This document shows, one piece after another, positions 1-8,662 of a stretch of 53,523 bases of DNA (position 1 is the stretch's first letter; each line of letters opens with the position of its first letter). The notes under the pieces are model-generated. The model worked only from the letters and a program-made list of their open reading frames with translations, made no database searches and was not told where the DNA came from. A program made the position numbers and the translations under genes. The DNA comes from Deltaproteobacteria bacterium (GTDB lineage: Bacteria > Desulfobacterota > GWC2-55-46 > DRQE01): positions 1-53,523 of the forward strand of contig JACRCI010000032.1 of the NCBI GenBank assembly GCA_016219105.1. Reading direction: 5' to 3'.

Positions 1-141
1 AATATATCGAGGTCTTTTATAACCGGCAGCGCCGACAGGCAAGACTTGGGTTCCTGTCCCCTGTGGCCTATGAGCAAAAGTTCTATGCTGGACAACTGGC
101 AGCATGAAAGGTTTGGTGTCCACTATTGACATCCGACCTCA
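1..141 (+). mobile_element. 3' end of an IS3-family insertion sequence, truncated by the window edge (transposase C-terminus plus right terminal inverted repeat)
   Basis: Frame 3 reads YIEVFYNRQRRQARLGFLSPVAYEQKFYAGQLAA*, the conserved C-terminal motif of IS3-type DDE transposases. GGTGTCCACTATTGACATCCGACCTCA (115..141) resembles IS3-family terminal IRs ending in CA. Confidence 0.75.
3..107 (+). CDS. IS3-family transposase OrfB, C-terminal fragment (5' part outside window)
   Basis: Motif FYN.(Q/K)R....LG(Y/F)LSP..YE followed by TGA at 105..107. Confidence 0.75.
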   Translation, partial: YIEVFYNRQRRQARLGFLSPVAYEQKFYAGQLAA

Positions 142-164
142 GATTGAGCTAACAGGGAGATGAT

Positions 165-362
165 ATGGCTATTATTCAAGAAAAACCGAAACCCAAAAAT
201 GAGGCGGTGCCTGTTGTAATAAAGGCCCAAGAAGAATCTTTAAGAATTACTGGCGCAGGCCGAGCTCAAATGGCCGAAACGCAGGAGATAAAAGCCATTC
301 AAAAACCCGGGCGACACCCGAGGCCAGTCCAGCATGAGGAGGAGATCCAACATGCCAACTAA
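165..362 (+). CDS. hypothetical small K/E/P-rich protein (65 aa)
   Basis: ORF with a GGGAGA Shine-Dalgarno 7 nt upstream. No recognisable domain. Lies in the accessory patch next to the IS end. Confidence 0.25.
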   Translation: MAIIQEKPKPKNEAVPVVIKAQEESLRITGAGRAQMAETQEIKAIQKPGRHPRPVQHEEEIQHAN

Positions 363-389
363 TGACCCCTCTTGGGTGTCGCCCGGGTT
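304..389 (-). terminator. long imperfect inverted repeat; candidate terminator of the OMP gene or a structured RNA
   Basis: AACCCGGGCGACACCCGAGG (304..323) pairs with CCTC-tt-GGGTGTCGCCCGGGTT (368..389): 16 bp perfect, a 2-nt bulge, then 4 bp. On the minus strand a T5 run follows (plus-strand A301..305). The 44-nt loop is atypical for an intrinsic terminator. Confidence 0.35.
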
Positions 390-426
390 GTGGCGTTGTA
401 AAACCCCTTAGCTGTCAGCAATTTTG

Positions 427-1197
427 TTAGAAAAGGTAACTTACGCTGAAGCCCGCGCTGTTCTCCTTTAAAAAATGCACTTCGACATTGCCTCTCAGGT
501 TCCCTCTGAAAACCTCCACACCAAAAAGGCCGCTTACAAGACCATCTTCCTTATATGTTGTAGAGTCGCTTGCTGGGCTTGATGGAGGCATGGTCATAGT
601 GTCATAAACCTTGGCCCTCCGCCACGTAGCAACCGCTCCTATGTATGGCGCGGAACTCTCCCCGACGTAGCTTATTGCCATGGCCGCAGTTAACTCCCGT
701 GGATTTTTCACCTTAATCCTTTCCGTCGCGATAACGTAGTTTTTCATATCCTCATAACCATTGAAGCGGGCATACTGCAGAGTCCCCCCAAACCTGACTT
801 TCGGGGCCATCTCGAATGACTGCTTGACCCCTACAGCGCCGCTGAATCTGCCTGATGCATCACTGAAATCGTCGCCGTTCATGAAGATTCCGCCAGTTCC
901 CGCGGCATCGAGATAAGATGTGCCCAACTTCAAATAGACCTCATTCCCTTCGAACAGGCCATAAGAACCCCGGAGGTAAACCTGATCCATGTCAATGTCA
1001 AGTTTCTTCCAGGAGTCGTCATCTGGCTTCATTTTAAAGTTGGAGCGGTTAAATTCAACCCCTACAGAAACCTTGCCCGGCTGGGTGGATAAAGCCGGAT
1101 TAGTCAAGTTCCCTCCAAAGCAAACGGCCGGAAAGAGGGAGAAGGCAACGAGGACAATCAATCTCAGCTTCATTTCCAACTTCATCTTAACCTCCAA
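427..1197 (-). CDS. outer-membrane beta-barrel protein (porin/OmpW-like), start codon uncertain
   Basis: N-terminal signal peptide (LRLIVLVAFSLFPAVCFG), alternating amphipathic strands, C-terminal ...SVSYLF with terminal Phe typical of BAM substrates. Confidence 0.7.
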   Translation of the reverse strand: MEVKMKLEMKLRLIVLVAFSLFPAVCFGGNLTNPALSTQPGKVSVGVEFNRSNFKMKPDDDSWKKLDIDMDQVYLRGSYGLFEGNEVYLKLGTSYLDAAGTGGIFMNGDDFSDASGRFSGAVGVKQSFEMAPKVRFGGTLQYARFNGYEDMKNYVIATERIKVKNPRELTAAMAISYVGESSAPYIGAVATWRRAKVYDTMTMPPSSPASDSTTYKEDGLVSGLFGVEVFRGNLRGNVEVHFLKENSAGFSVSYLF

Positions 1198-1403
1198 TAT
1201 ACGGTTTTATTTGCGAAGTAAGTCTTATCGATCCAACCCGTCCGAAAGAACTATCGCATCACCCCTTTCCCTGCGTTATTGATGGTTGCCATCGTTTATA
1301 CACTTTTTACATAGTATTTGTCAAGTAAAAAATACACCTTATGCATGGTAGACCTGCGTTCATTTTTCCGTTATCCTAAATTAAACGATCAGGATGTCCG
1401 CAA

Positions 1404-1823
1404 ATGAAAAATATTCTGTCCAGCGAGGAAATAGGAAGACGCGTAAAACAGAGGAGAAGGGAGTTGGGACTATCGCAGGAGGAACTCGGCGAGATGCTGC
1501 ACGTAAGCTACCAGCAGATACAAAGGTACGAAAATGGCACAAACATGATAGGCACGGACAAGCTTCAGTTTATTGCCAACCTTCTTGATGTCCCGATTGG
1601 CTATTTCTTTGAAGAACCCACTGGAAACCGTGCCGGAAAAGAAGTTCTGACCATAAACGAGGCCAGACTCCTGCGGCTTTTAAGAAACCTCAACGAACGC
1701 CACAAAAAGGCCCTGTTCCAACTACTGCTGACGCGTAACAATCCCTGCCTCCTCGCCAGACATCCCAAAAAGGCCATACCGCCTTCCATGAAGAAATTCC
1801 CGTCAAAGAAGAAAAACGTATGA
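1404..1823 (+). CDS. XRE-family helix-turn-helix transcriptional regulator
   Basis: RRRELGLSQEELGEMLHVSYQQIQRYENGTN is a canonical HTH_3/Cro-C1 motif. The C-terminal tail runs into the M23 remnant. Confidence 0.8.
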   Translation: MKNILSSEEIGRRVKQRRRELGLSQEELGEMLHVSYQQIQRYENGTNMIGTDKLQFIANLLDVPIGYFFEEPTGNRAGKEVLTINEARLLRLLRNLNERHKKALFQLLLTRNNPCLLARHPKKAIPPSMKKFPSKKKNV

Positions 1824-1918
1824 CCGACAGCGCCGATAGTTTCCCTTTTTTCAACATAATCTCCAACCTTCACATACATCCCGTCAAGATGCGCGCACAG
1901 CAAAATAATTAGGGACAC
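1817..1918 (-). pseudogene. remnant of an M23/LytM-family peptidase (about 34 codons)
   Basis: LLCAHLDGMYVKVGDYVEKRETIGAVGHT matches the M23 core pattern (Y)AHL...V.VGD.V..G..IG.VG.TG. The upstream part is replaced by an AT-rich palindrome and the downstream HLHFE part is missing. Confidence 0.4.
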
Positions 1919-1935
1919 ATGTGTCCCTAATTATT
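1904..1935. repeat. 32-nt perfect palindrome AATAATTAGGGACACA|TGTGTCCCTAATTATT
   Basis: Positions 1904..1919 are the exact reverse complement of 1920..1935. It abuts the truncated end of the M23 remnant. Confidence 0.95.
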
Positions 1936-2172
1936 CCATATTTCGCATCGCGTTGTTCTCATTACAAAAACCGGCAGGAATTATTCTACCCCTATGGCCC
2001 ATGAAACATTAAAAAAATCGTTTGCGCCTTAACTGAAAACCCCCGACTTATCAACAGCACGCATATACCTTTTTCACCACAACAGATAGTATTACCCCAT
2101 TTTATCCCCCCTTTAAGTTGTATTTTTTCCTTTACAACATCCTTAAACTCTGCTAAATTCGGGACTGAAGAA

Positions 2173-5100
2173 ATGAAGATAAAAAAACTCTCAATCCACG
2201 GATTTAAATCCTTCCCGGACAGGACTCATTTCGCCTTTCCTCCCGGCACATCCGCCATCGTCGGGCCAAACGGCTGCGGCAAGAGCAACATCGTGGACGC
2301 CATAAGATGGGTCCTCGGAGAGCAAAACGCCCGGCATCTAAGAGGCAAGCTCATGGAAGACCTCGTCTTCACCGGGAGCGATTCCCGCAAACCCATCGGC
2401 ATGGCCGAGGTCACGCTCACGCTCTCGAACGAGGAAGGCAACGCGCCGGCGAGCTACGCCAATTTCACGGAGATAGAAGTGGCGAGGCGCGTCTATAAAT
2501 CCGGCGATAGCGAATATTTCATAAACAGGGTCCCCTCGCGCCTGAAGGATATAGTTGAGCTTTTCGCCGACACCGGCATAGGGACAAGGGCCTATTCGAT
2601 AATCGAACAGGGGCAGGTGGGCTGGCTCGTGACGGCGAAGCCGGAGGAGCGCAGGGCCATATTCGAGGAGGCGGCCGGGATAAGCAAATACAAGCACAAA
2701 AAAGACGAGGCATTGAGGAAGCTGGAGGCCACCAGGACGAACCTCACGAGGGTCAGCGACATAATAGGGGAGGTAAAGCGCCAGCTCAACTCCCTCAACC
2801 GTCAGGCGAAGAAGGCCGAGAGATACAAAGAACTGAAGGAAGAGCTTAAAAAGCTCGACCTGCACCTCTTCCATCTCGAACACACGCGGATGAGCGAGGA
2901 AAAAGCCCGTATCGGAAAAGAGTCCTCGTCGCTTGAAGACTCGGAGATAAAACTCTCGTCCGCCATAAGCGCGAAAGACGGCGAGAGGGAAGGCGTAGGC
3001 CTCGAATACCTCAAAAAAGAGGGGGAATACAAGGCCTTGAGGGAGAAGACCTACGAGCTTGAAAAGGCGATACAGACCGAGGAGCGCGCCGCGGAACTCG
3101 CCGGGGTCAGGGTCGAGGAGCTTAAAAGGGCCTCGGAAAGACTCGCCCTCGACATAGGGGAGCTTAAAACCCGCAAGGTCTCGCTTGAGGGCGAAACCTC
3201 CGGCCTTGAGGCGGAAGGGATGCGGCTTTCCGGGACAATCGGCGCTGAGAAGAAAAGGCTTTCAGAGAACGAAACGGCCCTCGAAGGCATCAATTCCACC
3301 CTGAAGGAAAAAGAAACCGCCCTTAAAACCGAGGAGGCGGCGTCCATGGGGCTTTACTCGAAGATCTCCGAGATACGGCACTCCATGGAGAACTGCATAA
3401 GGGAGGAAGAAGCGCTGCGCCTCAGGGAGGCAAAACTCGGGAAGGAAATAGAGGAGGCCGCGAAGGCCATTTTCGAAAAAGAGCCTTTGCTGAAAGCGCT
3501 CAGGCAGGTCCTATCCGACGCTGTCAGGGGAAAAGAATCCGCCGGGTCCGAACTCGACTCCCTGATAGAAAGGCTCAAGGGGCTCGAATCGGAAAAGACA
3601 GGCAAGACCGAAGAGCTAAAGGGCATGAATGAAGCGTTCGCCGCGAAGCGGGAGAGGCTGAAGACCCTCGAGGAGATGACGGTCGGTGAAGCGGGGGCCG
3701 GCGGGCTCCTGTCCTTTATCCGGCGGAACGGGAGAAACGGCGTGCACGGGTGCGTGGCGGACGTCATCGAAACCGTGCCGGGGTACGAAAAGGCCGTTGA
3801 GGCCGTGCTCGGAGAGAGGCTCAACTACGTGATAGTGGAAAGCCAGAAAGAGGGGGTCGAGGCGGTAGAATACCTGAAGATGAGTTCAGCGGGCCGCGGA
3901 AGTTTCGTGCCCGTCAGGGAGACCCGGCCTTCCGGGCCGCACGGAGACGCCGCAAGCCCGCCGGCCATAGGCGCGGACCTCGGGGACAAGGTCATGGCGA
4001 AGGACGGCTACGGCGGCGTTATCAAAAACCTGCTCGACGGCGTCGTGGTGGTGGACGATTTCGAGAGCGCCCTTGAGGTATGGAAAAAGAACGGGGTGTC
4101 GAGGACGTTCGTTACGCCGGAAGGCGAGATGGTAGACCGCCACGGAATTATAACGGGAGGCCGGACAAACGGCCACGGCGCCTCCGGCGTATTGCAGAAG
4201 CGCAGGGAAATCAAAGAGTTGAAAGCCGAGGTTTCCGCGACAGAGGAGAGGCTCGTTCCCATCGAAAAAAGGATGTTGGAACTGGACTCGTCCATCGCGG
4301 ACACGAGGGCGCTTGTCGAGGGCTTCAGGGAACGCCTCTATAAAGGCGACCTCGAAAGGATAGAAGGCCTTGGAGCCATTAAAAGGGCCGAGGACGATAT
4401 CTCAAGGCTCAAAGAGAGGGAGGCCTCCCTTTCATCCGAATCCCTCTCGGCTACAAAGGAACTCGTTGCCATGGGGGACAAGAAACTCCGCCTCTCAAGG
4501 GAAAGGGAATCGCTCGAAAAAGAGGCGGAGGCAAAAGACGGGCTTATAACGGCCTTATCAGGCGCGGGGAACTCGCTCAGGGAGAAAAAGGAAGGCATGA
4601 CCGGGGTTGTGACGGATATCAGGGTGGCGCTCGCCTCGGCCGAGGAGAGGTTCGAACATACCTCACGCCTTATCAAGGAAAAACACTCCCTCATCCATGA
4701 TGCGGAGAAAAGGATAGCGTCCAAAGAGGAGGAGATAGAGGCCGGGGAAAAAGAGACCGCGGCCATGAAAGAGGAGACGGAACGGAAAAAGGCCGTCCTC
4801 GAGGAGCTCCTCCATAGGAAAGACTCCCTCAAGAACAATGAGGTCCTCCTGGAGGAGGAACTTTCGGCCCTCTCTGAAAGGATGAAATCATCCGAAGCCG
4901 AGATTAGAAAGCTCAGGGACGAACTCTCCGGGCTTCAGGAAAAAAAGGCAGGGCTCTCTTTCAGACTTAAGGAACTCGAACTCTCTCTCGGGAATCTCAA
5001 GGAAAAGACCATAGAGAGATACGGCGCGGACATGCGGGACTACGCTTCGAGCGTGGATATTGCCTCCATGGAACCAACGGCGGCGTCTGAAAAAGCGGAC

Positions 5101-5715
5101 GAACTCAGGGAAAAGATAGGCGCCATGGGAGAGGTAAGCCTCAGCGCGCTCGAAGAATACAGGGAACTCGACGAGAGGCACAACTTCCTGATAGAGCAGC
5201 AGGCCGACCTCACCGCGAGCATGGAAAGCCTCTCCTCCGCCATATCGAGGATCAACAGGACAACGCGGGAGAGGTTCAAGGCGGCGTTTGACGAGATAAA
5301 CCAGAAGTTCTCGGAAACGTTCCCCAGGTTTTTTAACGGCGGGCGGGCGGAACTGAGGCTCGTGGGCGAAGAGGACGTGCTCGAAAGCGGCGTGGACATC
5401 GCGGCGCAGCCGCCGGGCAAGAAGCTCCAGCACATAAGCCTCCTTTCGGGCGGAGAAAAGGCGCTTACGGCCACGGCCCTCATCTTCTCCATATTCCTCA
5501 TAAAGCCTTCCCCTTTCTGCCTGCTTGACGAGGTTGACGCGCCTCTGGACGACGCAAACGTGGACAGGTTCAACGGGTTCGTAAAGGAGATGTCTCTCGT
5601 AAGCCAGTTCATACTCATAACGCACAATAAAAGAACGATGGAAATGGCCGACACCCTTTTCGGCATAACCATGGAAGAGCCGGGGGTGTCGAAGGTGGTG
5701 GCGGTAAATATTTAG
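2173..5715 (+). CDS. smc: chromosome segregation protein SMC
   Basis: 1180 aa. N-terminal Walker A FPPGTSAIVGPNGCGKSNIVDAIRWVLGEQ, long E/K/L-rich coiled coils, central hinge, C-terminal LSGGEKALTA signature and LLDEVDAPLDD Walker B. Confidence 0.97.
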   Translation: MKIKKLSIHGFKSFPDRTHFAFPPGTSAIVGPNGCGKSNIVDAIRWVLGEQNARHLRGKLMEDLVFTGSDSRKPIGMAEVTLTLSNEEGNAPASYANFTEIEVARRVYKSGDSEYFINRVPSRLKDIVELFADTGIGTRAYSIIEQGQVGWLVTAKPEERRAIFEEAAGISKYKHKKDEALRKLEATRTNLTRVSDIIGEVKRQLNSLNRQAKKAERYKELKEELKKLDLHLFHLEHTRMSEEKARIGKESSSLEDSEIKLSSAISAKDGEREGVGLEYLKKEGEYKALREKTYELEKAIQTEERAAELAGVRVEELKRASERLALDIGELKTRKVSLEGETSGLEAEGMRLSGTIGAEKKRLSENETALEGINSTLKEKETALKTEEAASMGLYSKISEIRHSMENCIREEEALRLREAKLGKEIEEAAKAIFEKEPLLKALRQVLSDAVRGKESAGSELDSLIERLKGLESEKTGKTEELKGMNEAFAAKRERLKTLEEMTVGEAGAGGLLSFIRRNGRNGVHGCVADVIETVPGYEKAVEAVLGERLNYVIVESQKEGVEAVEYLKMSSAGRGSFVPVRETRPSGPHGDAASPPAIGADLGDKVMAKDGYGGVIKNLLDGVVVVDDFESALEVWKKNGVSRTFVTPEGEMVDRHGIITGGRTNGHGASGVLQKRREIKELKAEVSATEERLVPIEKRMLELDSSIADTRALVEGFRERLYKGDLERIEGLGAIKRAEDDISRLKEREASLSSESLSATKELVAMGDKKLRLSRERESLEKEAEAKDGLITALSGAGNSLREKKEGMTGVVTDIRVALASAEERFEHTSRLIKEKHSLIHDAEKRIASKEEEIEAGEKETAAMKEETERKKAVLEELLHRKDSLKNNEVLLEEELSALSERMKSSEAEIRKLRDELSGLQEKKAGLSFRLKELELSLGNLKEKTIERYGADMRDYASSVDIASMEPTAASEKADELREKIGAMGEVSLSALEEYRELDERHNFLIEQQADLTASMESLSSAISRINRTTRERFKAAFDEINQKFSETFPRFFNGGRAELRLVGEEDVLESGVDIAAQPPGKKLQHISLLSGGEKALTATALIFSIFLIKPSPFCLLDEVDAPLDDANVDRFNGFVKEMSLVSQFILITHNKRTMEMADTLFGITMEEPGVSKVVAVNI

Positions 5716-5836
5716 GGAAGGTCTGATTAATTCTCTTTTTGTCATTGCGAGCCGCGTTTTTGCGGCGAAGCAATCTCGTAACTTGCTGATTTGCCTATAG
5801 GACGAGATTGCTTCGCTACGCTCGCAATGACGGGAC
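5715..5836. repeat. MITE-like palindromic repeat, family A, copy 1
   Basis: About 112 nt nearly identical (3 mismatches) to 34165..34278. Internal inverted repeats GTCATTGCGAGC/GCTCGCAATGAC and GCGAAGCAATCTCGT/ACGAGATTGCTTCGC. The left end GGGAAGGTCTGATTAATTC overlaps the smc stop codon. Confidence 0.9.
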
Positions 5837-5859
5837 TCAGCACCCTGCGTACGTTAAAT

Positions 5860-6225
5860 ATGCCCTTTAAAAACATCCTCCGCGAACTCGCAACCCGCTC
5901 AGGCGCAGAAGGCGCCATAATGCTCGCCCCGGACGGCGAGCCAGTCGGCTCTTTCAATGCCTCCACGGAATGCGACCTCGAGGCCATAGGCGCCCACAAA
6001 GGGATCATATTCAACATGCTCAAAGGCGCGGCCAGCCGCACGGGCACAAACGGGGACAGGGACATACACTCGGTCAGCATAACCACTGAAAACGCCAAAC
6101 TCGCCATGGTTGCCCTGAAGGACGGCTATTACATCGTGATAGCGCTCAAAAAAGAGGGCTCCTTCGGCAGGGTGTTCTTCGAGGCAAAAAAGGCCGTCCG
6201 GGAAATAGAAAGGGAGATGGGGTAA
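5860..6225 (+). CDS. Roadblock/LC7 (MglB-like) domain protein
   Basis: MPFKNILRELATRSGAEGAIMLAPDGEPVG...AKLAMVALKDGYYIVIALKKEG fits the Roadblock/LC7 fold pattern. The tracked ORF start at 5791 translates repeat family A, so the ATG at 5860 is preferred. Confidence 0.7.
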   Translation: MPFKNILRELATRSGAEGAIMLAPDGEPVGSFNASTECDLEAIGAHKGIIFNMLKGAASRTGTNGDRDIHSVSITTENAKLAMVALKDGYYIVIALKKEGSFGRVFFEAKKAVREIEREMG

Positions 6226-6295
6226 GGGGCTAAAGCCCGGCAGATCCCCTCCCCTTCGCGCGCTTTGAGTTGCGCACCCACCGTCCTGTATCCAT

Positions 6296-6658
6296 TCACT
6301 TCCCGAACATCATCCTCAGCGCGACTATCAGGAGAAAACCTCCGAAAAGCCTCTTCAGAAGCAAATCGGGTACCGGCTGGATCATGTATGCCCCGACGAG
6401 GCCGCCGAAGAAAAAGCCCAGGCATATCAAAGGCACCGCATGTAAATCAACATGGCCGTTGGCGTAGTATTTCCATGCCGCGAGCAGCCCTATCGGAGGG
6501 ACCATTATGGCCAGGGTCGTCCCCTGGGCCGTGTGCTGGGAAAAACCGAACAGATAGACAAGGGCCGGGATTAATATGGCCCCGCCGCCGAGGCCGAAGA
6601 TCCCGCCGAAAACACCGGCCGCAAGACCGAGCACGAGGAATTCAATCGCAACGGGCAT
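6296..6658 (-). CDS. TSUP (TauE/SafE, DUF81) family membrane transporter, half-size (about 120 aa, about 4 TM)
   Basis: GGIFGLGGGAILIPAL and GLVGAYM glycine-rich TM motifs typical of DUF81. GGAGGTG SD precedes the ATG at 6658; the longer tracked ORF lacks an SD. Confidence 0.65.
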   Translation of the reverse strand: MPVAIEFLVLGLAAGVFGGIFGLGGGAILIPALVYLFGFSQHTAQGTTLAIMVPPIGLLAAWKYYANGHVDLHAVPLICLGFFFGGLVGAYMIQPVPDLLLKRLFGGFLLIVALRMMFGK

Positions 6659-6825
6659 GGTCCACCTCCTTATGTTATCATCATAATATAAACCATTGGC
6701 AAGGGGTATACATCCCTTATCAAGCCACCTGCCGCCCCTGCGCAATCTCCCGCTTCAAATCTGCTCCCGAAAGTCTATTTTAACAAAAACACAACGGTTT
6801 TCAACAGCCAAACAGGGTATTTCTC

Positions 6826-6854
6826 TTGACTTTCCGCGTATATTCAAGTATTGA
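6826..6854 (+). promoter_or_regulatory. candidate sigma70-type promoter of aroD
   Basis: TTGACT (6826..6831), 17-nt spacer, TATTGA (6849..6854). This would give a very short leader before the ATG at 6864. Confidence 0.3.
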
Positions 6855-6863
6855 TATATTTGG

Positions 6864-7577
6864 ATGAAAACGCGCGGAAAGAAAACCTGCCTGAAATCCG
6901 GCAAGGCCCCCAAGGTTGCCGGAGTGATAGCCGGTTCAATCGGAAAAAGGGCGATAGAAAAGGCAAAAAAAGACGGCGCCGATTTAATAGAGGTCAGGCT
7001 CGACACCCTGAGGGAAAGAGACCCGGAGAGGCTGAAAGGGGATTTTAAGAAGAAATTAAGGCCCGCGGGGCTGCCCATCCTTCTTACGATACGGAGCAGG
7101 AAAGAGGGCGGGAGATACGCCATAGGCGACAGGGAAAGGCTCGCGCTCTTCAGAGAGATTATCCCGTTCGCCGACGCGGTTGACATAGAGCTCGGCTCGA
7201 AAAAAATCATCGGCGAGGTCATAAAGACCGCCCGCGGGCACAGAAAAACTGTCATAGTCTCTTACCACAACTTCAGGACGACGCCGCGGACGCAAACGCT
7301 TGAGCGGATAATAAAGGACGCCCGACGGCGCGGGGCGGATGCCGTTAAAATAGCAACGCTCGCGAAGACGCGCGAACACATATTAAGGCTCATCGGCGTG
7401 CTGCCCGGCCACAGGGACATGATAGCGGTGGCAATGGGGAGATACGGAAGGATGTCGAGGGTCGTTTTCCCCTTTTTAGGCTCTCTTGTCACTTACGGCG
7501 CGATAACCGAGACAACGGCTCCGGGGCAGTTCACGCTTAAAGAGCTCAAGAAAGCGCTTTCGTTTTTCAACGGTTAG
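6864..7577 (+). CDS. aroD: type I 3-dehydroquinate dehydratase
   Basis: ADLIEVRLD, SYHNF..TP (catalytic His context) and AVKIA (Schiff-base Lys context) motifs. Confidence 0.85.
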   Translation: MKTRGKKTCLKSGKAPKVAGVIAGSIGKRAIEKAKKDGADLIEVRLDTLRERDPERLKGDFKKKLRPAGLPILLTIRSRKEGGRYAIGDRERLALFREIIPFADAVDIELGSKKIIGEVIKTARGHRKTVIVSYHNFRTTPRTQTLERIIKDARRRGADAVKIATLAKTREHILRLIGVLPGHRDMIAVAMGRYGRMSRVVFPFLGSLVTYGAITETTAPGQFTLKELKKALSFFNG

Positions 7578-7638
7578 CGAATGGACTTTTCGAGCGGCCC
7601 GTTAAACGCATCAATAAAAAAACTGGAGGTATACTTAG

Positions 7639-8646
<1,008 letters not shown>

Positions 8647-8662
8647 AGGGGGTCTGTAAAAG

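Noticed and set aside
1404-1823. XRE regulator as the antitoxin of a toxin-antitoxin pair
   Set aside because: No adjacent small toxin-like ORF is co-oriented with it. Its neighbours are a divergent OMP gene and a convergent M23 remnant.
2173-5715. SMC-like ATPase as part of a defence system (Wadjet/Lamassu-type)
   Set aside because: It has canonical housekeeping SMC length and motifs. No JetA/B/D-like or LmuA/B-like partners or nuclease genes are adjacent. Its neighbours are a repeat element and a Roadblock gene.
2226-5745. Multiple 60-285 aa ORFs on both strands within smc
   Set aside because: They are overlapping or antisense frames of a 1180-aa gene with unambiguous SMC motifs. Their S/R/P-rich low-complexity translations are artefacts.
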